This document shows, in pieces, positions 31,445-39,905 of a DNA stretch of 64,000 nucleotides. The notes under the pieces are model-generated. The model was not told the DNA's origin. It was given only the letters and a program-made list of their open reading frames with translations, and ran no database searches. The translations under genes were made by a program, and so were the position numbers. This DNA is from Amaricoccus sp. (lineage in GTDB: Bacteria > Pseudomonadota > Alphaproteobacteria > Rhodobacterales > Rhodobacteraceae), in NCBI GenBank assembly GCA_044225035.1, contig JBGAJI010000007.1, positions 4,617 through 68,616 on the forward strand, written 5' to 3'. Positions within the stretch are counted from its first letter, which is position 1. Every line of letters begins with the position of its first letter.

Positions 31445-32249
31445 TCTCGGCTGGCGCGGCCGGTTCCGCGCCCTCAGGGCGATCGTCTGGCGCGAGGGGC
31501 TGCGTTTCACCCGCCAGCGCGAAAGGTTCCTCGCCGCGCTGGTCCGTCCGCTGATCTGGCTCTTCGTCTTCGCGGCCGGTTTCCGGGCGGTGCTCGGCAT
31601 GTCGATCATCCCGCCCTACCAGACCTATGTGCTCTATGACACCTATGTCGCCCCCGGCCTCTGCGCGATGATCCTCCTGTTCGCAGGCATGCAATCCTCG
31701 CTCTCCATGGTCCATGACCGCGAGACCGGCGCGATGCGGACGCTCTTGGTCAGCCCGTTCCCGCGCTGGTTCCTGCTGTCGTCGAAGCTGCTCGCCGGGG
31801 TCAGCGTCTCGGTGACGCAGGTCTATGCCTTTCTCGCCATCGCCTGGGTCTGGGGCGTGCGGCCGCCGGTGCTCGGCTATCTAGCAGTGCTGCCGGCGCT
31901 GATCCTCGCCGGGCTGATGCTTGGGGCGATGGGCCTGTTTCTGTCCTCGGTGATCCGCCAGCTCGAGAATTTCGCCGGGGTGATGAACTTCGTGATCTTC
32001 CCGATGTTCTTCGCCTCGTCGGCGCTCTATCCGCTGTGGCGCATGCGGGAATCGAGCGTGACGCTCTACTGGATCGCCCAGCTCAATCCCTTCACCCACG
32101 CCGTCGAATTGATCCGCTTCGCGCTCTATCTCAGGATCAACTGGCTGGCGCTGGCGGTGGTGGTCGGCTGCGGCGTCGTCTTCCTCGGCGCGGCGGTTTT
32201 CGCCTATGATCCGTCCAAGGGCCTGATCCTGCGCAAGGGGCGCGATTAG
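31431..32249 (+). CDS. ABC permease, PQQ-ADH system
   Basis: ALVRPLIWLFVFAAGF, GMQSSLSMVHDRE, QLENFAGVMNFVIFP, NPFTHAVELIRF. Confidence 0.9.
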   Translation: MAEGNLGWRGRFRALRAIVWREGLRFTRQRERFLAALVRPLIWLFVFAAGFRAVLGMSIIPPYQTYVLYDTYVAPGLCAMILLFAGMQSSLSMVHDRETGAMRTLLVSPFPRWFLLSSKLLAGVSVSVTQVYAFLAIAWVWGVRPPVLGYLAVLPALILAGLMLGAMGLFLSSVIRQLENFAGVMNFVIFPMFFASSALYPLWRMRESSVTLYWIAQLNPFTHAVELIRFALYLRINWLALAVVVGCGVVFLGAAVFAYDPSKGLILRKGRD

Positions 32250-33028
32250 CGCCGGTTCGCCGGAACAAGCACGCCGGCCGCCGCGCGATGGGCGGCGGCG
32301 AAGGCAGCCTCGGCGCCATGCGGCGCGTTGATGAGCGCGAGGCCGGAGCCGGTCATGCCGCGCGCCGGCGCGGGCGCGAAGCGCACCTCGTCGATCCGGT
32401 GGGGCAGGGGCCCGAGCCCTGCCAGCAGGTCCGCGTGGCGGCCCGCCGGCAGCAGCGGATACCAGATCAGCGCCGTCGCCTGCGGCCATTTCGCGATCAG
32501 CCGGCGCGCGAAGGCGGCGGTCTCGGCATATTCGCTCTTCACCTCGTAGGACGGATCGACCAGCGCCAGACCCTTGCGCGGCGTGAAGGGGGCGAGGGCC
32601 AGCGCGCCCTCGCGCCCGTCGCGATGGTGGATCGCCACCCCCTCGCCGGCCAGCGCGGCGCGCAGGGCCGCGTGCTCGGCGGGGTGCAGTTCCATCAGCG
32701 CCAGCCGGTCCTGCGGCCGGGTCAGCAGCCGGGCGATCAGCGGCGAGCCGGGATAGGCGTCGGCGCCGTAGCGCGCCCGCGTCTCGGCCAGCGCCCGGCC
32801 ATAGGGGCTGGCCGGCGCGATGTCGACGCGGGCGATCCCCGCCGCCGCCTCGCCGGTCTTCAGCGCCTCGGGCGCGGTCAGGTCGTAGAGACCGCGGCCG
32901 GCGTGGGTTTCGAGATAGGTGATACCGCGGGGTTTCGCGGTCAGTAGCGCCAGCAGCTCGGCCAGCACGATATGCTTGTGCAGGTCGGCGGCGTTTCCCG
33001 CGTGATAGCCGTGCTGATAGGACAGCAT
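32246..33028 (-). CDS. rlmJ: 23S rRNA m6A2030 methyltransferase
   Basis: MLSYQHGYHAGNAADLHKH, ETHAGRGLY, YPGSP, VDPSYE, IWYPL. Confidence 0.95.
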   Translation of the reverse strand: MLSYQHGYHAGNAADLHKHIVLAELLALLTAKPRGITYLETHAGRGLYDLTAPEALKTGEAAAGIARVDIAPASPYGRALAETRARYGADAYPGSPLIARLLTRPQDRLALMELHPAEHAALRAALAGEGVAIHHRDGREGALALAPFTPRKGLALVDPSYEVKSEYAETAAFARRLIAKWPQATALIWYPLLPAGRHADLLAGLGPLPHRIDEVRFAPAPARGMTGSGLALINAPHGAEAAFAAAHRAAAGVLVPANRR

Positions 33029-33032
33029 CGCC

Positions 33033-34202
33033 TTACGCCACCCGGTCGCCGGCGACCCAGACGCCGCGGGTCATCGGCTGATCGCCGTGCAGGCGGATGC
33101 GCGCGATGTCGGCGCGCAGCCCGGGCGCGAGGCGGCCGCGGTCGGTCAGCCCGGCCGCGCGGGCCGGCGCATCGGTGACGGCGGCGAAGCCGCGCGCGAG
33201 GTCGCCGCTTTCGAGCCCGAGCCGGACCGCGCCGAGCAACAGGGCCGAGGGCACATAGTCCGAGGAGATGATGTCGAGCAGGCCGGCGTCCGCCAGATCG
33301 CGCGCCGCGACATTCCCCGAATGCGACTCGCCGCGCAGCAGGTTCGGCGCGCCCATCATCACCGGAATGCCCGCCGCCGCGCAGGCCCGCGCGGCGGGAA
33401 TCGTCGTCGGAAACTCGGCGAGGCGGACGCCGCGCGCCGCCGAGGCGGCGACATGCTCAGGCGTCGTGTCATCGTGGCTGGCCAACGCGGCGCCGAGCCG
33501 TCGGGCCTCCACCGGGATCAAGGCCTCATGGGCCCCGCCGAGCCGGTCGCGGATCCCGCGCAGCAGCAGGAGATGCGCGTCGAACTCGGCGTCCCCGAAG
33601 TCGCGCTTGCCGCGATAATAGCGGCGCATCTGCCCGATGTCGGAGAACTGCCGCTGGCCGGGCGTGTGGTCCATCATGCTGACAAGGCCGACCGTATCCT
33701 CGGGGCCGAAGGCGGCGAGCTCCGCCGCCAGTGTCTCCGAACAGATCTCGGCGCGAAGGTGGAAATGGTGGTCGAGGCGCAGCGCGCCCGCTTCGCGCAG
33801 GCGGCCGATCTCGCTCGCGAGCCCGCGCGCATAGCCGCGCGAGCCGGCACGCTCCGAGGAGGTGATCGAGCCGACGCGCAAGGCATCGAAGACCGTGGTC
33901 ACCCCGAGGCCGGCGAATTCCGCGTCATGGGCGAGGATCGCCGCGGCGGCGGGCCAGCGCACGTCCGGCCGCGGCTCCAGATGGCGCTCGAGATTGTCGG
34001 TGTGAAGCTCGATCAGGCCGGGGACGAGAAGGTCGCCCGCGCAGTCGACCGCGCCGCGCGGCGCGCCGCGGCCCTGGTCGATGGCGAGGATCAGCCCGTC
34101 CTCGATCACGATCGACCCGACGACCACCTCGCCGGGCAGGACCAGACGGGCGTTGCCGAGGATCAGGCTCGCCTGTTGCGGCCGCCCGCCGTCATGTGGC
34201 AT
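33033..34202 (-). CDS. phnM: alpha-D-ribose 1-methylphosphonate 5-triphosphate diphosphatase
   Basis: ELHTDNLERH, MDHTPGQRQF, ASHDDTT, AEFPTT, MGAPN, SHSGNV, SSDYVP. Confidence 0.92.
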   Translation of the reverse strand: MPHDGGRPQQASLILGNARLVLPGEVVVGSIVIEDGLILAIDQGRGAPRGAVDCAGDLLVPGLIELHTDNLERHLEPRPDVRWPAAAAILAHDAEFAGLGVTTVFDALRVGSITSSERAGSRGYARGLASEIGRLREAGALRLDHHFHLRAEICSETLAAELAAFGPEDTVGLVSMMDHTPGQRQFSDIGQMRRYYRGKRDFGDAEFDAHLLLLRGIRDRLGGAHEALIPVEARRLGAALASHDDTTPEHVAASAARGVRLAEFPTTIPAARACAAAGIPVMMGAPNLLRGESHSGNVAARDLADAGLLDIISSDYVPSALLLGAVRLGLESGDLARGFAAVTDAPARAAGLTDRGRLAPGLRADIARIRLHGDQPMTRGVWVAGDRVA

Positions 34203-34233
34203 GGCGGACTCCGCCGCGGGAGGAAGGCGGATC

Positions 34234-34932
34234 ATGCGGGACATCCAGCGCTGGGCGATCTACTACCTGCCGCCGGAAAAGGGCGCCTTCGCGCGTTTCG
34301 GCGCGGACTGGCTCGGCTGGGACGCGCAGGCCGGCCTCGCCCGCGATGGCTTCACCGTGCCAGGTTTGCCCGTGCCGCGGCCGGAGATGACCGCCGGCCC
34401 GCGCAAATATGGCTTTCACGCCACGCTGAAGGCGCCGTTCGTGCTGGGCGACGATCGCGCGCCCGCCGCGCTCGACGCCGCGATCACCGCGCTCGCTGGC
34501 GAGTTCGAGCCGTTCACGCTGCCGCTGGTCCTCGGGACGCTTGGCTCGTTCGTCGCGCTCCTGCCGGCGCGACCGAACCCGGTGCTGGAGGCGCTGGCTG
34601 CCGCCTGCGTCACCCGGCTCGACACCTTCCGGGCACCCGAGGCCGCGGAGCATCGGCGGCGGCATGCCGACAGCATGACCGAACGGCAGCGCGCCTATTT
34701 CGACGCCTGGGGCTATCCCTTCGTGCTCGAAGAGTTTCAGTTCCACATGACGCTGACCGGACCGCTCGGCCCGGAGGAGCGCGCGGCCGTGGTCGCGGCG
34801 CTCGACCCGCTGGTCACGCCGCTGCTGGCCGAGCCGCGCGTCGTGCGCGACATCTGCCTCGTCGGCGAGGATCGGCGGGGCATGTTCCATCTGCTCAAAC
34901 GCTTTCCGCTGGCGACGCGGTCGGCGATCTGA
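34234..34932 (+). CDS. DUF1045 phosphonate-metabolism 2H-phosphoesterase-like protein
   Basis: RWAIYY, KYGFHATLKAPF, WGYPFVLEEFQFHMTLTG; SD GGAGG. Confidence 0.9.
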   Translation: MRDIQRWAIYYLPPEKGAFARFGADWLGWDAQAGLARDGFTVPGLPVPRPEMTAGPRKYGFHATLKAPFVLGDDRAPAALDAAITALAGEFEPFTLPLVLGTLGSFVALLPARPNPVLEALAAACVTRLDTFRAPEAAEHRRRHADSMTERQRAYFDAWGYPFVLEEFQFHMTLTGPLGPEERAAVVAALDPLVTPLLAEPRVVRDICLVGEDRRGMFHLLKRFPLATRSAI

Positions 34933-35064
34933 CCTCGCCGTGGTCCCGGGTTTGCCCGCCGCCGGTGGCGGGGTCAAGCGCGCGCCGACACGCGAGGGGG
35001 CTGTACTCTGGCAACCGGCGGCGCCATCTTCCGCCGGAGGCATGGCAAGCTGGAGGAGGAGTGA

Positions 35065-35586
35065 ATGGCCAAGACGGATCCGAAGAAGGCGCGCAAGGCG
35101 CCGCTGGCAACCCCGACCGGACTGTCGGCGGCGGCGACGCGGGACATCTCGGCGGCGCTGAACGGCGCGGTGGCGGACGTGTTCACGCTGTATCTCAAGA
35201 CCAAGAACTTTCACTGGCACATGTCGGGGCCGCATTTCCGCGACTATCACCTGCTGCTCGACGAGCACGCAGCCCAGATCTTCGCCATGACCGATCCGCT
35301 GGCCGAACGGGTCCGCAAGGTCGGCGGCACGACGCTGCGCTCGATCGGCCATGTCTCGCGGTTGAGCCGCCTCGCGGACAACGACGCGGATTTCGTCGAT
35401 CCGCAGGACATGCTGGCGGAGCTGCGCGAGGACAATCTGCGGCTGGCCGCGATCCTGCGCGAGGCGCATGGCGTCTGCGACGAATATGGCGATGTGGCGA
35501 GCAACAGCCTGATCGAGACCTGGATCGACGAGACGGAGCGCCGGGCGTGGTTCCTGTTCGAGGCGAGTCGGCGGGGCAACGCCTGA
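35065..35586 (+). CDS. dps: Dps family ferritin-like protein
   Basis: LYLKTKNFHWHMSGPHFRDYHLLLDE, DPLAERVR, WIDETERRAWFL. Confidence 0.95.
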   Translation: MAKTDPKKARKAPLATPTGLSAAATRDISAALNGAVADVFTLYLKTKNFHWHMSGPHFRDYHLLLDEHAAQIFAMTDPLAERVRKVGGTTLRSIGHVSRLSRLADNDADFVDPQDMLAELREDNLRLAAILREAHGVCDEYGDVASNSLIETWIDETERRAWFLFEASRRGNA

Positions 35587-35710
35587 CGCGGTCCGTCCGC
35601 GACGGCGGGGCGTCTGGCCCAGCGCGCCGAACTGATCTATCCCGGGCGCCGAGGAACGGGCGAACGGGGGACGCGGTGCGGCAGGGTGGCGAGCAGGGGC
35701 GGGCGCGACA

Positions 35711-38305
35711 GTGAACCCCGCCGACTCCGCCGACGAGCCGCGCTCCTGGGGCCGCGGCGCGCTCGACGCGCTCCGGCGGCAGGCGCCGGTCATCGTCACG
35801 CTGGCTTTGTTCGCGCTTGGCCTCTACGCGCTGCATCGGCTGCTGGCGCCGCTCGATTTCGAGGAGGTGCTGGCAAAGATGCGCGCGACGCCCGCGCGCA
35901 CATTCGCGCTCGCCATCGGCGCCACGGCGGTCGGCTACGCCGCGCTCGTCGGCTATGACTGGACGGCGATGCGCTATATCGGGCGGCGGCTGCCGCTGTC
36001 CGCCGTCGCCCTCGGCGGCTTTCTCGCCTATGCCTTCGGCAACACGATCGGGCTCGCCGCTTTGTCGGGTGGGGCGGTGCGGTATCGCGTCTATACCTCG
36101 CTCGGGCTCGACGGCTACGAGGTCGCGGTGATCTCGAGCTATGTCGCGGTCGCCTATGGCGTCGGTGCGACGCTGATCGGCCTCGGCGCGCTGGCGCTGC
36201 ATCCCGGCGCGCTGATGGGCATCACCGCGATCCCGCCAGAGCTTTTGCGACCGATATCGCTCGGCATCCTCGCGGTCAGCGTCGGGATCATCGTCGTCAT
36301 CTCGGCGCGGGGCCGCGGCCTTCGCGTCTGGCGCTTCGAGCTCGCGGCGCCGAGGCTCGGCGATCTCGGATGGCAGATCTGCTTTTGCCTCATCGACATC
36401 ACCATGGCCTCGGCCGCGCTTTATGTCCTGCTGCCGACGGCGGGCATGGAATTCACCACCTTCGTCGCGGTCTTCGCCGTCGCCACCATGGTCGGCGTCA
36501 TCAGCCATGTGCCGGGCGGGGTCGGCGTATTCGAGAGCGTGATCATCGCCGCCCTCGGCGGCTCCGTGCCGGTCAACGAGGCGGTCAGCGGCCTGCTGCT
36601 CTTCCGGCTGATCTATTACCTCCTGCCGTTCCTCGTCGCGCTCGTCGTCCTGTCGGCCTCGGAGATCTGGACGGCGCGGGCGCGCGGCGGCGCGGTCTTC
36701 GCGCGTCTGGCGCCGGTCCTGCGCGCGGGACAGACGGTGATCCCGCTCGCCATGGGCATTCTGGTGCTCGGGTCCGGCCTCCTGATGATGTTCTCCGGCC
36801 TGCTGCGCAATCCCGCGCTGACCGCGGAGCGGCTGGAGCGGCTGTTGCCGCTCGTCATGATGGAGGGGGGCGCGTTGCTCTCCAGCATCGTCGGCTCGGC
36901 TTTGGTGGTGCTGGCGCATGGCCTCTTCCGCCGCTCGCGCGCGGCCTTCTGGCTGGTGCTGGCGGCGCTGGCCGTCGGCATCGTCGCCGCGCTGCTGCAT
37001 GGCAACGACATCGACCGGGCGCTGATCCTGCTGGCGCTGGCCTTGCTGCTGCTGCCTTGCCGGCGCGAGTTCTACCGCGCCGCGCCGCTGACCCAAGGGG
37101 TGCTGTCGGCGCAGTCGGTGCTGCTCGCCATCGCCATCGTCGCCTCGATCACCGTCACCTATCTCGTCGCGGTGCGCAGCGCGCCCTATGCCAGCGCCAT
37201 GTGGTGGCAATTCACGCTGGAGGACGGTGGCCCCCGCGCACAGCGGGCCGCGGTGGCCGGCAGCGTGTTCCTGACCCTCGGCCTGCTCTTCGCGGCGATG
37301 CGGACCCGGCATGCGCGCTGGTTCCTGCCCGATCCCGCCGTTCTGGTCCGGGCGCGCGCGATCATCGAGGCGCATGGCACGGCGCGCGACCTGATCGCCG
37401 TCACCGGCGACAAGCGGCTGATGTTTTCCGAGGATGGCGAGGCGGTGCTGTCCTATGGCGTGCGCGGCGCCTCGTGGGTCGCCTTCGGCGCGCCGGTGGG
37501 CACGCCCGAGGCCTGCGAGACGTTGGGCTGGTCGTTCCACGACGCGGCGCGGGCCGCCGGCGCGCGTCCGGTGTTCTACGAGGCCCCGCGCCAGTTCGGC
37601 GGCCAATCGGTGGAAATGGGCCTCGCGCTCCGCCGCATGTCCGAGGAGGCGGTGGTGCCGCTGCTCGGCTTCTCGCTGGAAGGTCCGGGCCGCGCCGACC
37701 TCTGGGCCTGCCGCGAGCGCGGGCGCGACCTCGGGATCCGCGTCGAGTTCCTGCCGCCGCCGCGCGCCGACGCGCTGGTCGCGAGCCTGCGCGGCATCTC
37801 CGACGCCTGGCTGTCGGCGCGGGGCGGACGCGAGCGGCGCTTTGCGATGGGACGGTTCGACGAAGCCTATATCCGCCGGTTCCCCGTCGCCGTCGCACGG
37901 CGCGATGGGGAATTTCTCGCCTTCGCCAATATCCTGACCGCCGGGCGCACGGCGGCGGTGGATCTCGCGCGGTGCCGTCCCTCGGCGCCCCCCGACACGC
38001 TCGATTTCCTGCTGCTCTCGATCATGCTCGACCTCGCCGCCAAGGGATTTCACGAGATCAGCCTTGGCACCGCGCCGATGGCGACCGTCTCCGGCCGGCG
38101 CGACGCCGACCTCTGGCGCCGCTTCGCCGCGATCATCTATCGCGGCGGTTCCGGCGTCGAAGTCCAGCGCGGCTTTCTCGCGCGGTTCCAGCCGAGCTGG
38201 CGGCCGCGCTATCTCGGCTGCCGCTCGGTCCTGGCCCCGTCGGGGCCATTGGCCGACGCCGCGATGCTTATCGCAGGTTCCTCGAACGGCATCGGAACCA
38301 ACTGA
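35711..38305 (+). CDS. mprF: MprF-like flippase plus degenerate aminoacyl-PG synthase domain
   Basis: N-terminal multi-TM region with GGAVRYRVY, SHVPGGVGVFE and RLIYYLLP; C-terminal DUF2156-like domain (GDKRLMF, EEA, DLAR, WRPRYL) with altered motifs. Confidence 0.85.
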   Translation: MNPADSADEPRSWGRGALDALRRQAPVIVTLALFALGLYALHRLLAPLDFEEVLAKMRATPARTFALAIGATAVGYAALVGYDWTAMRYIGRRLPLSAVALGGFLAYAFGNTIGLAALSGGAVRYRVYTSLGLDGYEVAVISSYVAVAYGVGATLIGLGALALHPGALMGITAIPPELLRPISLGILAVSVGIIVVISARGRGLRVWRFELAAPRLGDLGWQICFCLIDITMASAALYVLLPTAGMEFTTFVAVFAVATMVGVISHVPGGVGVFESVIIAALGGSVPVNEAVSGLLLFRLIYYLLPFLVALVVLSASEIWTARARGGAVFARLAPVLRAGQTVIPLAMGILVLGSGLLMMFSGLLRNPALTAERLERLLPLVMMEGGALLSSIVGSALVVLAHGLFRRSRAAFWLVLAALAVGIVAALLHGNDIDRALILLALALLLLPCRREFYRAAPLTQGVLSAQSVLLAIAIVASITVTYLVAVRSAPYASAMWWQFTLEDGGPRAQRAAVAGSVFLTLGLLFAAMRTRHARWFLPDPAVLVRARAIIEAHGTARDLIAVTGDKRLMFSEDGEAVLSYGVRGASWVAFGAPVGTPEACETLGWSFHDAARAAGARPVFYEAPRQFGGQSVEMGLALRRMSEEAVVPLLGFSLEGPGRADLWACRERGRDLGIRVEFLPPPRADALVASLRGISDAWLSARGGRERRFAMGRFDEAYIRRFPVAVARRDGEFLAFANILTAGRTAAVDLARCRPSAPPDTLDFLLLSIMLDLAAKGFHEISLGTAPMATVSGRRDADLWRRFAAIIYRGGSGVEVQRGFLARFQPSWRPRYLGCRSVLAPSGPLADAAMLIAGSSNGIGTN

Positions 38306-38550
38306 CCACCCGAACGTTAAGGTTCATGTACAACCCAATGCAAACCGGCGGATTTCCGCCTGTCGGTGTCGCGCGCGCATGGCGTCGTGGCCCGAATCCA
38401 CGCGTCGTGTTCAACTTACGGGCGAGGCTCCGGGATCGGGGCCGCGAGATTGGCTCCGACAGATCAATCGTCGATCGATCGTCTGGCCGGAGACCAATCA
38501 AACAAAAGCCGGAATCGGCACGCGTCGAGGCGAGCAGCAGGGTTTAACGA

Positions 38551-39750
38551 ATGACGATCTATGACAGGATTCGAACCACCGTCGGGCGAAGCTATCGCGA
38601 GCTTTCCCTGTATCCGCGGATGCTCGGTGGCAGGCGACCGCGCATCATGTTCTTTCCATCGAGTGTCCGCGAAGGCGCCAGTCACCTGCGTGCCTATAAT
38701 GTCGCCGAGGCTTTGACCGAGCGCGGCTGGCATACGATCACCGTCCCCCGGCAACTGGCGGCCGGGGCGCGGCACCGGCTAATGAAGCTGTACGACGCGG
38801 ATCTGCTGTTCTTTCAGCAATGCCGGCACGAGCTCAACGACGTGGCCTTCGCCGAGGGTCGGCCCTATGTGCTCGATATCGACGACGCGGATTTCTACGA
38901 TCCGAAGTTCCACGACCGCATCGCCCGGACATGCGCCGGCGCGCGCGGGGTGATCGCCGGCAGCCGGTTCATCTCGGACTGGTGCGTCGAGCATAATGCC
39001 AACACCAACGTCGTCTGGACGGGCACCCCGATCAGCGCGGAGGAGCGGCCGGACCATCACGACCGGCCGGCGACCATCGCCTGGGCCCAGCGCGCACCCT
39101 TGCGCTATCCGCGAGAGCTCGAATTCGTGCGCGCCTTCTATTTCGCGCTCAAGGCCACGGGGCGCGCCTTCACGCTGCGCCTCTATGGGGCGAATTCCCC
39201 CGAGGAGCGGCGGGCGATCCATCAAGCCTTCGGGCCGAACGAGCCGATCGTGCTCTATCCCCGGTTTGAATACGGTGATTTCCTGAAGTCGCTGCGCAGC
39301 GTCTCGGTCGGGCTGTCGCCGATCATGACGCAGTCGGAATTCAGCCGCGGCAAGTCCTTCGGAAAAATCCTCGGCTATCTCGATGCCAAGGTTCCGGTGA
39401 TCGCCAGCGACGAAGCCGATCACGCGCAATTCTTCACGCCCGAGAGCGGTGTCATCACCAACGATCCCGCCGAATGGGTGCGCAAGGCGGGCCAGCTGCT
39501 CGACGACGCGCCGCTGCGGAACCGGATGGCGGAGAACGCCTTCCACCTCTTCGAATCGCGGCTGACGCGCGAGGCGGCGGCGGATCGCGTCGATGCGTTC
39601 CTGCGCGATATCGTCGGCCTGCCCGAGCGGCGGACGCCGGTCGCCGCGCCGGCCCGCGCGCCGGAAGCCGGCGCCATCTGGCGCGCGCTGGGGGCCGGTC
39701 GGTCGCTGCTGTTCGACCCGCGCCGCGCACTGTCGCGCGAGTGGATGTAG
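38551..39750 (+). CDS. Glycosyltransferase (GT-B, GT4-like)
   Basis: SHLRAYNVAEAL, YVLDIDDADF, VIAGSRFI, GKSFGKILGYLDAKVPVIASD. Confidence 0.75.
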   Translation: MTIYDRIRTTVGRSYRELSLYPRMLGGRRPRIMFFPSSVREGASHLRAYNVAEALTERGWHTITVPRQLAAGARHRLMKLYDADLLFFQQCRHELNDVAFAEGRPYVLDIDDADFYDPKFHDRIARTCAGARGVIAGSRFISDWCVEHNANTNVVWTGTPISAEERPDHHDRPATIAWAQRAPLRYPRELEFVRAFYFALKATGRAFTLRLYGANSPEERRAIHQAFGPNEPIVLYPRFEYGDFLKSLRSVSVGLSPIMTQSEFSRGKSFGKILGYLDAKVPVIASDEADHAQFFTPESGVITNDPAEWVRKAGQLLDDAPLRNRMAENAFHLFESRLTREAAADRVDAFLRDIVGLPERRTPVAAPARAPEAGAIWRALGAGRSLLFDPRRALSREWM

Positions 39751-39774
39751 GACAGAGACCGGAAACAAAGGTCG

Positions 39775-39801
39775 GAAAAGGGCGCCGTCGGGCGCCCTTT
39801 T
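39775..39801 (+). terminator. Intrinsic terminator after glycosyltransferase
   Basis: GAAAAGGGCGCC-gtcg-GGCGCCCTTTTC. Confidence 0.75.
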
Positions 39802-39905
39802 CGTATCCGCCGGACTGGCGTCGGAGGCCGGCTCGGGTTGTCCCGCGCGGCCATCGCCCTATAAGAAACCGGGCGACCTCCCCGCCGCGCCACCTGCGAA
39901 AGCCC

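Noticed and set aside
34940-35064. EcfG promoter for dps
   Set aside because: No properly spaced GGAAC...CGTT found.
38315-38330. CtrA box before the glycosyltransferase
   Set aside because: Only one good half-site (GTAC-N7-TTAAC on the minus strand); too weak.
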